Shown one piece after another: positions 1-11,116 of a stretch of 44,860 nt of DNA (its first letter is position 1; each line of letters starts with the position of its first letter). The notes under the pieces are model-generated. The model was not told the origin of the DNA. It saw only the letters and a list, made by a program, of their open reading frames with translations, and searched no databases. Position numbers and translations under genes: made by a program. Origin of the DNA: Octopus sinensis (Eukaryota); NCBI RefSeq assembly GCF_006345805.1, contig NW_021834874.1:1-44860 (forward strand), given 5' to 3'.

Positions 1-260
1 TAAGGGCCGGTTTCCCGGTTTCCTTGGCGTATCGGTTCCCCACCTGGACGGGACGCCGCTCCGTCGCAGGTGAGCTGCAAGATGCAGGAGGAAAGAGTGA
101 GAGAAATTTGTGGCGAAAGAGTCAGCAGAAGTTTCGCCATTACCTTCTGCCGGAGCCGCGTGGAGCTTAGGTGTTTCGCTCATAAACACACACATCGCCC
201 GGGCTGAGATTCGAACCCGCAATCCCTCGACCGCGAGTCCGCTAGGCCATGTGCCTCCAC
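1..260 (-). mobile_element. tRNA-derived SINE (3' end runs off the window start)
   Basis: Minus strand begins GTGGAGGCACATGGCCTAGCGG (A-box-like) and contains GGGTTCGAATCTCAG (B-box; plus-strand GATTCGAAC at 208-216). It is followed by a SINE body; a related tail fragment recurs near 36130-36200. Confidence 0.75.
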
Positions 261-296
261 AGATGAGATAAATACAGGTAAGCAGTTACATTATCG

Positions 297-480
297 TCAT
301 CGTCGTCGTCGTCGTCGTCGCCGTCATAGCTGGAATGTTCGAAGGACATATGTCCGAAAAGACTGTTTACTGTTGGTGATGGTGCTTCTGGCGGCGGCGG
401 TGGCGCCGGTGGTTTTGATGCTGGTGTTGATGTTAGTGGAGCTGCTGGTGCTGGTGGTGGCTTGCGGGAGCGGTGGTGGG
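297..480. repeat. Low-complexity trinucleotide tract (TCG)n / (GGT,GCT)n
   Basis: Direct reading of CGT/TCG and GGT/GCT runs. Confidence 0.8.
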
Positions 481-1111
481 GAGCTATTATAAATTAAAGT
501 CGATATTATATCTGCATTATTTATATTATTTGTACAGAAGATAAATTATATAAGAATTACAAGAGTGATTGTCTTTTCTTTTCTTTTCTTTTCTTTTTCC
601 TGCTTAACAACACGAAAAAGAAGTGATGTATTTTGAAGAATTCATTTTATTAATTTCGTTGATGTCAGTCAGTTCAGTTGCCATTAAGCGAAGATTTCCA
701 ACACATCCTACCTCTGCCTTCCACTCCAAGATGCTCTCTTCACGTTTGCACTTATATGCACGGAAGTGTCCTTACAGCAAGGGAGAAGGATGACGCTAGA
801 TAAATTACTTGCTCGCCAGATACTCTCATACATCATGTTGAGGATATCGAAGAGGGAGAGTCTCTGCGGGATCATCCGCCATGCTAGAAACTGCGACCGA
901 CTCACTCTCCAGTTATTTATAATCATAACTAATTAGAATCAAGCTATACCTTGTCAGTGACACAGGCTACAACTAAACAATGCTAAGGCTTCTCGTGTAT
1001 GTATTTATATATATATCTTCGTGTGTATGTGTGTATATGTATCTGTGCGTGTGCGCATGCGTGCATGTATATATATATGTATATATCTATCTATCTATTT
1101 ATCTATATATA

Positions 1112-2398
1112 TACTTTGATACTTTGATACTTTGATAGGTTTCGGCCATTATTGGCCCAGGCCATGTCTAACTTAATAGCACCACCTGGTGAAGTCTTTC
1201 AAGTCAGAATTTGGGCACTATGGCCCACTCAAGTAGAGAGTTATTGTTTACAGAGACATATCCGGGTGTAGGGGGTTTATCCGGGATTTCTTGAAGGAAT
1301 CTGTCCAAAGACTTCTTGAACCCTATAGGGTCAGTTTCTGTTTTAATGTGTTTTGGTGTAATGTTAAAGAGAGCGGGGCCAATTGAGGTGAAATAATTGT
1401 GCCGTATTGTTGTTATGAGATGAGAGTGCGATTTTTGTTTTGGGCGGATGGCACGGGGCCCAAGCCTTGGATGTACCTTAAAGGTGATGCCAACATCATT
1501 TGGGCAATGCTGATGGAATATTTTCCACATCATGCAGATGATGTAGCGCTCACGACGACGTTGGAGAGAATAGAGTTTAGCTTTTCTAGTCGACCCCAAT
1601 AGTCGAGGCCTGTCATGCCATCTATCTTTTTTGTGATTGCCCTTTGAGGTGCTTCAACTTTTATGATACCTTGTATGTGTGGGGAGACCACAGTGGACAA
1701 CAGTATTCAAGGTGGGGTCGGGCAAAAGTGGAGAAGAGAAGGATGATGGTGTGGATATCTCTCGACTGGAAAGTTCTGAGAATCCAGGAACACATTCTGC
1801 GGGCCATGTCAACTTTGGTGTTTATATGAGCGGCCCAGCTTACGTTGTTGTCCACAATTACTCCCAAGTCTCTGATGTTGTTGGACGCCGCGAGAGTTTC
1901 ACCTGAAGGAAGGGAGTATGGGAGTTTCAGGGCATCCTCTTTTCCAAAGTGGATTAGCTCAAATTTATCCTCGTTCAGCAGCATATTGTTTTTTTCTGCC
2001 CATTGGATAACAGCCAGTAGATCTGACTGAAGGCATGTCCGGTCACTCGCCTCATTTATGACCTTCTGTAGCTTGGAGTCATCTGCAAAGATTTTTATGT
2101 TGCTGTGCTTGATGATGTCATTAATGTCATTAATGTAAATGATGAAAAGAAGTGGGCCCAGCACAGTGCCTTGCGGAACGCCACTACTGACTTTGGCTGG
2201 GCTTGATTTTACCCCTTCAACTACAACATGTTGAGATCTGTCTGTCAGGAAACACTTAATCCATTTCAGTAACTTTCCAGAGACACCAATGTTGGATAGT
2301 TTTTTCAATAGGATCTTGTGATCGACCCTGTCGAAGGCCTTACTGAAATCAAGGTAGATGACATCGGTGTTGGAGCCCTCTCCCAAAGCTCCCAAAGC
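1112..2398 (-). mobile_element. 5'-truncated CR1-clade non-LTR retrotransposon
   Basis: RT motifs [26 protein letters not shown] and IFADD, then a CR1-type C-terminus (RPHLEYCCPLWSP; LYSLQRRRERY). The 3' end has a GGCC-AATAAT-GGCC hairpin and three copies of an 8-bp terminal repeat (TACTTTGA x3 on plus, 1112-1135), as is typical of CR1. Confidence 0.92.
1204..2395 (-). pseudogene. CR1 ORF2 fragment (reverse transcriptase plus C-terminal region), frameshifted near 1600-1660
   Basis: ORFs 1661..2395 and 1204..1599 are consecutive parts of one RT protein in different frames. Confidence 0.9.
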
Positions 2399-2402
2399 AT
2401 AT

Positions 2403-2471
<69 letters not shown>

Positions 2472-2512
2472 ATGCATATATATGTACATATATATATACA
2501 TACATATATACA

Positions 2513-2554
<42 letters not shown>

Positions 2555-2630
2555 GCATATATATGTACATATATATATACATATAGTATATACATACATA
2601 TATATATATATACATAAATACATACATATA

Positions 2631-2666
<36 letters not shown>

Positions 2667-2695
2667 CATACATATATATATATATACATATATGT

Positions 2696-2778
<83 letters not shown>

Positions 2779-2912
2779 CAAGATTACTCAGATAAATGCA
2801 GGCATACGTATATAGATACAATGTATACGAGCGTATATAGGATAGTAAACTTGTATGAAGGTATATATGTTATATATATATATATATATATACACACGCG
2901 CACACATACTAC

Positions 2913-2961
<49 letters not shown>

Positions 2962-2980
2962 TGTGTTTGTGCACATGCGT
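2399..2980. repeat. Compound microsatellite (TA)n/(TACA)n/(GATA)n/(TG)n
   Basis: Direct reading; (GATA)n at about 2697-2778. Confidence 0.95.
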
Positions 2981-3349
2981 TTGTGTCTCTGCAGAATGTG
3001 TGTCTTCCCCGAGAAACTTCATAATTCATAGCTAGCAATGGAGGCAAAACTCTGTTCTAAATATCTACTTGGACATCTTTCTTTGCAAAAATTTGGTTTA
3101 CGCATGACAGCACAATTCGACAGTATCAAAACCAGCACAATTCTAAAGTGGATAATTTCTACCACAAGGCTGAACGTATGATAAGTTCCCAGTTTAGGAA
3201 ACAGGGATGTAATACGGATTATTGCGTAAGGAGTGGAGAATTTATTGGTGACCGTAATACTTTTTGTATACAGACAAACAGAGAAATACAAGCCCACATA
3301 TATATTTACATAGACATATCTGTGTGCTTACATATGCTTTTATTTTTAT

Positions 3350-3543
3350 TTGTTTCAGTCATTTGACTATGGCTATGCTGGAGCAACACCTTGAAGGGTT
3401 TTAATCGAACGAATCGAACCCATGTCTCACTCTATGCAATCGTAGTACTTATTCTATCGGCCGAACCTCTATATTACAGGTATGTAAACACACTAACGTC
3501 GGTTGTCAAGCAATAGTGTGAGACACACAAACACACAAATATA

Positions 3544-3592
<49 letters not shown>

Positions 3593-3745
3593 CGTGCTTC
3601 TTTCCGTTTCCATCTACCAAGTCCACTCACAAGGCTTTGGTCGGCGCGAAGTTACAGTAGAAGACATTTGCCCAAGGCGATGGGATATAATCCGGAACCA
3701 TTTCGTTGGGAAGCAAGACTTTTACCACACAGCCATGCCTGCACC
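3350..3745 (-). mobile_element. tRNA-derived SINE, family A (internal microsatellite type), diverged
   Basis: Shares blocks with 7135-7533 and 35161-35626 (TTTCAGTCATTTGACT..GCCATGCTGGAGCA, GGTTGTCAAGC, CTACCAA.TCCACTCACAAGGCTTTGGTCG, TTACCACACAGCCA); internal (TA)n. Confidence 0.85.
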
Positions 3746-4619
3746 TATAAATACATCAAGTTAAGATAAACAGCCGCTAAGAGACAGAAACTAGGAACTG
3801 CTGCTGATTTTCGATAACACATTTGACGAGATCCGCGAGTATCATACAAAACAAATTCTTAATTCATTGCACATTTCATGAGATAACAGCCATGCATTAT
3901 ATGATTCTCTAGTAAATCATTCTAGGGACAATGAGCTTTTAGATATATCCCAATGACTCGGCTGGTTTAAGGATTCACAGCTTTCTCAGTTGTGGAATAA
4001 ACACCTAACATTTCTGGATGTGTCACAGCAGTGTAAAACATTTGAAATTTTAGATTCCCAACTAGATATGAACTGTCAGCTGTAACATTAATATCTCCCA
4101 TTTGTCCTCGTCTAATATGGAATTCAAATCAATAAATTTTCATAGCTTGCTTTCTTCATTTTGTTTCCGTTTTAATATATTTTTAAATTTTTAATGACCG
4201 TATTATCGATTAGAATTGTTTTAACACTAAAACAGACTAGAATTGATAATAAACACACACATAGAAGCACATATTAAAAACAAAAACCAAACTCAATGAG
4301 TTTTTACTATATTCTGTCAGGAAACCTGACCTAAGATGGCGGATATAAATCACTTGCATTTGGTTAAAATAAATAATATCAGTAATAAATAGACGGCAAT
4401 ATTCTTTTGTATCGTAGACACAATACATGCAATTAACATGGTTGTGGTGTGTGGGCAGTGATGTATAGTCAATTCAATTATTTATTTTTACACGAATTAG
4501 CTATAAGTTGACAAGCAGCTGCCCATAACAAAAAATAAACGTTATCCTCGCACTACGGATCTGGTCGGATTACTTACAACTGTATGAAATTCGAAAGAGA
4601 CCCACTATAAACACAGGGA

Positions 4620-4760
4620 AATTATTTCATCAACGCCGAAAGCATTAAGAGCAAAATCGACCTCGGTGGAAGATGAGCTTAGAATGTAGAGACGGACTAA
4701 ATGCTGGTCAGTATTTTGTCCGGCGTGATAATGATTCTGCCAGCTCTCCGCCTTTAACAA
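4620..4760 (-). mobile_element. Degenerate SINE head fragment, family B
   Basis: Colinear similarity to 8100-8228 and 41490-41619 (GACCTCGG.GGAA...GAACTCAGAA...GATTCTGCCAGCTC.CCGCC). Confidence 0.6.
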
Positions 4761-5659
4761 ATAAAATAATGACGATAGCAACAACTACAATAAGAATGAT
4801 GATTAAGGCACAACTGGAGCAGTTTTGGAGGCTGAGAGCTAGGCGGTACCTCGATCTCAAAACTTGAGTGATATCGAGACTTATTGATCCCGGAGGAATA
4901 AAATACAATTTTGTCGTTGGCATGATTTGATCTCAGAGCGTAAAGAACCGGAATAAATAGTGCAAGTAGTTTTATCGACACTCTAAGAATTCTCCCAATT
5001 CACGGCCCCATGCACGGGGGTTACTCACTATTAGCTCGATTTCAAATATAATTTAAATGCTATTTTATCGATCCAGAATTATGAAAGTCAAATCAACGGA
5101 ATTTGAACTCAGAATATGCAATAACGTAATGTATTTTGAGCGCTGTCGTCTCCATTCTGCCACTCCACAATACTGAAACCAATTGTGGTAGGAACTGCCA
5201 CAATGGAATTTAGAGAGCGATGCAGAAAGTAACAGTGAACCCCTTTCCTGTTCAAGGTTGTACCGAATCGATCACTACATCATGCTTCTCTCTCAGAATT
5301 ATTAATATTAATGAAGACTGGCTCCCTTCAAAGACCATAAACTCAATCATTCAATCAATCAAACTATACTCGTTCCGTTTCCGGTGTTTAAAACAATCAA
5401 CTTAAGCGCCATTAAAATAGTGTTGTTTATCTTTTAGTTGTGTATTTTGATGCCGGAGATAAAAAAAAAAAAGTAACAGAGAAGCTTTCGTCCATAAAAA
5501 AAAGGAATGGAAAAAAAGATTTTATTTCAACCAGTGATTCGAAATGATTTATTTCGCTTATAACTGTAAATATTTCAGGAAATGAATGAATGCTGTAACT
5601 TCCCGCTCCATTTTCCAATCGAGAATCGAACTTCCTTTATGCATAATTATTTATATATA

Positions 5660-6058
5660 GCTAACATGGCGGTGTGGTAAGAAATTTCCTTCCCGACTAC
5701 GTGGATATGAGTCCAGTCCTACTCTGTGGCGTCTTGGACAAGGGACTTCAACCGAAGCACAGGGTCGCCTAAAATCTTGTGTATATGTGTATGTCTTTGT
5801 GTGTGTGTGTTTATGTATGCGTATGTGTGGGTGTGTGTGCGTGTTTGTCTTTATGTTTGTCTTTGTCCCCTACCACCGCTTGAAAACCACCTGTTGGTTT
5901 GTTTACATCCCCGTAACTTAGCAGTTCTGCAAAAAGAAACCGATATAATAAATATGAGGTTTTCAAAAAGAATAATTGCTTAACTACACCCTTGAAGGCA
6001 GTGCTCCAGCTTCGGCGCAATCCAATGACTGAAATACGTAAAAGATAAAAGATAAAAT
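5660..6058 (+). mobile_element. tRNA-derived SINE, family A, diverged full length
   Basis: Head GGCGGTGTGGTAAG...GTCCAGTCC, internal (TG)n, body GTTTACATCCCCGTAACTTAGCAGTTC, tail ATGACTGAAATACGTAAAAGATAAAAGATAAAA. Confidence 0.8.
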
Positions 6059-6107
6059 ACATTTAATTCTGTCAACATTAAATACATTAACACTATTTAA
6101 AATAAAT

Positions 6108-6330
6108 ATTGTTTGCCAACATAACATGGCAGTCCTGGTTTAGGACTAATGTTGCTGTAATTTAGCCCCAGGAGACATCGTCTCCAGCTGGCTACACCAC
6201 ACGATCTGTGTCCTTATATTTTCGAACAAGGGACACAGATCGTGTCGTATAAGGACACAGATTCTCCTGGGGCTAAATTACAGTAACATTAGTCCTAAAC
6301 CAGGACTGCCATGTTATGTTGGCAAACAAT
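6108..6330. repeat. Near-perfect palindrome (68-bp arms, 1 mismatch) with nested inner inverted repeats
   Basis: 6108-6175 is the reverse complement of 6263-6330 except one base. Inner arms: 6199-6213 with 6231-6245 (15 bp perfect), and 6204-6218 with 6248-6262. Confidence 0.95.
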
Positions 6331-7134
6331 CTGTCCTACAAAGTACTGTTGCTGAATATTTCACGGTGTGAGATTTTAAAATAGTAATTTTCTACTATTT
6401 AAAATGTTCCATTTTCGTGCATGTAGCATCTAACAGTAGTTTATTCCTTGTATATTCAAACCATTACAATGGTATACATTTCCTTAGTGATTCACCCATC
6501 CCAATTACGGTAAATTTTGTGTAGAGTGCGAGCCTTTGAGGAGGTCAAATAATCCTGAAACATGCCGGGATTTGTCTCCCCTACCCATTGAAAGATTCAA
6601 AGTAACATTAGTTATTGGCTATTATTATATTATTTCATCAGCATATAATTGATTAATTGTTTTTCTCCATTAAGCCAGTCAGCGGTAATTCAACCATCTT
6701 ATTAATTTGGCTTTAGACTCATCGATTATATTGATTATTAAAAGTAGTTGTAACTGAAACACCATTAGCCAATGTTGTTGCTGCTGTTGTTGGTGTTGTT
6801 ATATAACTCAAGGCTATCTCCGACCAACACTGCGACTGTGTTATCTAACACGGGTTTCCAAAAGAAAAAGGAAGGTTGCCATTTGTGGTAAATTTGGTTG
6901 CCATTTCTAAAAGTTTGGCGACTGTTAGAGATACTATTATTGTTACTGTCGTTGTTAGTCATATGTCAGCGCTGGCCAAATAGACTTTCCAGCCATGGCC
7001 ATCCATGTCATTTTAAACATTATTTGGAACTAAGTTATCCATTCTTCGGGGACGCAGTGGTGTGATTTGAGGAATATTTCGGTACTGTTTCTTCGAGATT
7101 GTTCAAATATAAGGTGATCCCCTAGAAGTGACTC

Positions 7135-7533
7135 TCTCTTTTACTTGTTTCAGTAATTTGACTGTGGCCATGCTGGAGCACCGCCTTTTAGTCGAGCAAA
7201 TCGACTTCAGGATTTATTCTTTTTAAGCCCAGTACTTATTCTATCGGTCTCTTTTTGCCGAACCGCTAGATTACGGAGACGTAAATACACCAGCATCGGT
7301 TGTCAAGCGATGTTGCGGGGAACAAACACAGACACACATATACACACACGTACATTATATATACATATATACGACGGGCTTCTTTCAGTTTCCGTCTACC
7401 AAATCCATTCACAAGGCTTTGGTCGACTCAAGGCTATAGTAGAAGAAACTTGCCCAAGCTGCCACGCTGTGGGACTGAACCCAGAACTATGTAGTTGGTA
7501 AGCAAACTACTTATCACACAGCCACTCCTACGC
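7135..7533 (-). mobile_element. tRNA-derived SINE, family A, full length
   Basis: High colinear identity to the reverse complement of 35161-35626; B-box GGGTTCAGTCCC on the minus strand. Confidence 0.9.
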
Positions 7534-7671
7534 TTACTGTTATTTTACTGTTCAGTAAACACATCCATGACCCGAACCATTCCATCGGTGACCATCCCAT
7601 TGTACGACAAAGTATGTAAGACTACATAACATAACGAGCCATTAAAGTGTAATTTGAGATTCTTGAGTTTT

Positions 7672-7868
7672 GCTTATTTCAGTCATTAGACTACGGCCAT
7701 GCTGGAGCACGCCTTGAAGAGTTTTAGAGAAACAAATTGACTTCAGTACTTTCAAAGCCTGGCATATATTCTCTTTTGCCGAATCGCTAGGTTAGAGGAT
7801 GTAAGCAAACCATCCCCAAACGGTATAGAGAAAAGAACATACCCACAAAGACAGACGCACTCATATAG

Positions 7869-7916
<48 letters not shown>

Positions 7917-7922
7917 ATATAT

Positions 7923-7954
<32 letters not shown>

Positions 7955-8360
7955 CCACAGACTTATATATATATACCACAGACTTTCACATGGTTTCTTA
8001 TTTCTTTATTGCCCACAAGAGGCTAAACATAGAGGGGACAAACAAGGACAGACTAAGGGATTAAATCGATTACATTGACCTCAGTGCGTAACTGATACTT
8101 ATTTAATCGACCCCGAACGAATGAAACGCTAAGTAGACATCGGCGGAATTTGAACCCAGAACGTAGCGGCAGACGATATACCGCTAAGAATTTCGCCCAG
8201 CGTACTAACGAGTCTGCCAATTCGCCTCCTTTCACACAGTTTCTATCTACCAAATCCACTTATAAGGTAGAGTAGAAAACATTTGCGCAAAGTGCTGCGC
8301 TTCGGGACTGAACCTGAATCGACACGATTTCATCTTAACTACTCAGCTATAATTGCACCT
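7672..8360 (-). mobile_element. Diverged family A SINE interrupted by a nested family B SINE
   Basis: 3' part at 7672-7998 and 5' part at 8229-8360 join into one family A copy when 7999-8228 plus one TSD copy is removed. Confidence 0.75.
7999..8228 (-). mobile_element. Family B tRNA-derived SINE with Tx1-like 3' tail and 16-bp TSD
   Basis: Head GGAGGCGAATTGGCAGACTCGTTAG...GGGTTCAAATTCCGCCG; tail ...GCCTCTTGTGGGCAATAAAGAAATA. Flanked by CTTTCACATGGTTTCT (7983-7998) and CTTTCACACAGTTTCT (8229-8244), 14/16 identical. Confidence 0.85.
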
Positions 8361-8449
8361 TCTTGATTTCCTAACTATCTTTAGGAAATCAAGCAGTAAC
8401 TTTCAGATTCCCTTGTTGGCTTCAGTAGCTCCTTCTATGGATTTTTATA

Positions 8450-8645
8450 CGAAAGGTGCTGAAAACTCCCAGAATTGGGGGTAACGCAAAAGGACTGGCT
8501 GGAAGCCCAACCTTCAGAGTTATTTACAGGGTTTCGTTGCAATAAGCGTGTGGATCTGAGAGGAATATGTTGAATAGAAGCATAATCAATTGATCCTCCT
8601 GTATTTTCTTTTGCCCATAGCCAGGAACTTTCCAAACTCCCCACA
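8450..8645 (+). mobile_element. Mariner-derived MITE
   Basis: TA-flanked degenerate TIRs (TA-CGAAAGGTGCTGAAAACTCC; reverse complement of right end TA-TGTGGGGAGTTTGGAAAGTTCCTGG). The internal remnant of a mariner transposase C-terminus matches 42933-43099. Confidence 0.7.
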
Positions 8646-9319
8646 TAGATGGAAATGCTGAAGTCGTATCAAACATGCCTTTCCATAGACAACCAAAGCA
8701 CTCCTTATATCCTTTTCTTACAAACTCCAACTTTTGTCCTAATTATATGCAATCAATATTAATGAGAATATTTTTTGCTGTTTGTTATTGTTTTTCTTAC
8801 ATCAATATTTTAATTTCTTTTACATTTTATATATGATATTTTATTTCTTATTTTCTATATTTTATTTCCGTTTTCCATTTTACCGAGATTATATTTTATT
8901 TTTAACAAACCAATTTCTCTCGACCATCGCATGGATAGCTACTTAATTAAGAACGTATAAAGTTTTATGATTTGTGACTTAGCAGTGTGTATGTTTGTGT
9001 GTTAGTAATATACACGTACTTGCGTATATATGTGTATGAAAACAGGCGTCCATATGAGTGAGAAGGAGTTTATAAATGTGTTTGTGTGCGTTTAGATATG
9101 CGTATATTTTTTACTGGCCTGGTGTATGTCCTTCTGTATCAGCATCTGTGTGTGTGTCTCTGTCTTCTCTATGTGCCTCTGTGATTGCATGTGTGTGTGT
9201 GTGTATGTGTGTGTGATTCATTCAACGTTTACCAAATTTTCGGATGATCTGCCACTATAATATAATTCCGAACGCTTCGATAAATCAGAAACAATAATGG
9301 ATAAATGGTGAACGGATCG

Positions 9320-9582
9320 TAAACTACATACATGCATTCAGCCATACATACATGTATCCATATACCTATAAACATACATAACTATATATGTATACATTTA
9401 TATATATACATACATGTGTATATATTTATACGTATTTATTCACACACACATATGTGCGTGTGTATGTTTGTATATATATATATATATATATATATACAGT
9501 CGTACATACAGATTTCCATATACCTGTAAACATATATAACTATATATGTATACATTTATATACATATATTTTTATGTATATG

Positions 9583-9668
<86 letters not shown>

Positions 9669-9835
9669 CTTGCATGTACAAACGCAGATATATACACTTA
9701 TTCATATATATATTCATAGATATGTTCATACACACATGAAAGCATAGCCAAAAACTAGGGATAAGCTTCGACATTCTTCAATCTATTCAGGTTCTAAGAT
9801 ACATATATACATACATTCACACACACATATATATA

Positions 9836-9871
<36 letters not shown>

Positions 9872-9960
9872 TATATATCTATATACGCACATATGTTTAT
9901 ACGCATGTACAGATACGTACATATATAAATGTTTACCTAAATGCACATCCATACATATAC
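9320..9960. repeat. Compound (TA)n/(CA)n microsatellite region
   Basis: Direct reading. Confidence 0.9.
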
Positions 9961-10339
9961 GCATTCGTGTAAATGGCAAAGAATGAAATGAAAGAGAGAA
10001 CAATGGCGTTGGAAGAACAGAGAGAAAAAATGGAAAGAAATTAAGACGCATTGACCCTTTCCAAACCCGAAATATTTAGAATATAACAAATTGTCATTCC
10101 TGTTAGCATGATTTCCTTAATGCATTCCATAATTCCATTACCTTATTTACTAATGTTTTATTTTATTATTGCGCTTTATTTAGGCGATTTTTTTTTATAT
10201 ATTTAATTGTTTTGTAATAATTTTTATAGGATTTTTAAAAAAATGTTCTATTTGTTGTATCATTCTAACTTTACTGTAGTTGTTTTTATGTTTTTGTGGT
10301 GTAGGGTGTTTGGCAGAAGCAAATAAATATAACAAAGAA

Positions 10340-10385
<46 letters not shown>

Positions 10386-10853
10386 TAATAATAATAATAA
10401 TAATAAATAATAATAATAATAATAATAATAACAATAATAATAATAATATAATATAATAATAATATAATATAATAATAATATAATATAATAATAATATAAT
10501 ATAATAATAATAATGATAATAATAATAGACTATATACATATATATAAATATATATATATATACATTTATATGAGATATCTCACTCCTGCAGCCATCATTT
10601 TGCATAGCAACAAATGAATGAAAGAGAAAGAGAAGAGTAAAGTGAGAGAGAGAGAGTTAGAGAGAGAGAGAGAGAGAGAGAGAGGAAGAGAGAGAGAGGA
10701 AGAGAGAGAGAAAGAGACGAATAGATTTTCAGAGAGAAAGAGTGACATGTGCGGTTGATATATTTATGTGTTACACTAAAAAAATTAATAATAATGATAA
10801 TAATAATATAATAATGATAATAATAATAATAATAATAAGAAGAAGAAGAAGAA

Positions 10854-10884
<31 letters not shown>

Positions 10885-10962
10885 AAGAAGAAGAAGAAGA
10901 AGAAGAAGAAGAAGAAGAAGAGAAGAAGAAGAAGAAGAAGAAGAAGAGAAGAAGAAGAAGAA
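10340..10962. repeat. Microsatellite cluster (AAT)n, (GA)n, (AAT)n grading into (AAG)n
   Basis: Direct reading; (AAG)n runs from about 10837 to 10962. Confidence 0.95.
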
Positions 10963-11100
10963 GAATTTCATTTATTTGCCACAAGGGCGAATGATGAGGG
11001 GCACAATAATGAGACAGCCATAAAGTGTTGGGGTTTACATATAATAACGAAATAATAAAAAGGTAACAACGGAAAAAGAAAGTGGTTCATTTCAATTATG
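10963..11100 (-). mobile_element. Putative 3' end of a Tx1-like LINE (or its dependent SINE) abutting (TTC)n
   Basis: Plus-strand TTTCATTTATTTGCCACAAGGGCGAATGATGAGGGGCACAATAATGAGACAG aligns with the termini at 7999, 13925 and 18841. On the minus strand AATAAA is followed directly by (TTC)n. Confidence 0.5.
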
Positions 11101-11116
11101 ATAAAATGAGAATAAT

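Noticed and set aside
108-140. GGCGAAA...TTTCGCC inverted repeat in the first SINE
   Set aside because: Short hairpin without hammerhead core; no further support.
700-950. Unique, moderately GC-rich island with possible minus-strand splice signals (TGTAAG|GACAC ... GCAGAG|GTAGGA; HFRAYKCKREESILEWKAE)
   Set aside because: Short, no recognisable homology, weak acceptor; cannot be supported as an exon without RNA data.
1139-1170. GGCCGAAACC on the minus strand resembling a hammerhead GAAA core
   Set aside because: No upstream CUGANGA; it is the CR1 3' stem-loop.
2697-2778. Other (GATA)n arrays (also about 21815-21920 and 31480-31515) as Tx1 sites
   Set aside because: No Tx1 terminal motif adjoins them.
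8435-8730. Protein-like ORFs 8435..8644 and 8524..8730
   Set aside because: They are mostly the antisense reading of the mariner MITE at 8450-8645.
10566-10748. Possible first coding micro-exon MMAAG with GTGAGA donor after a TC-rich leader (minus strand)
   Set aside because: Only five codons and a weak exon-side donor; indistinguishable from chance.
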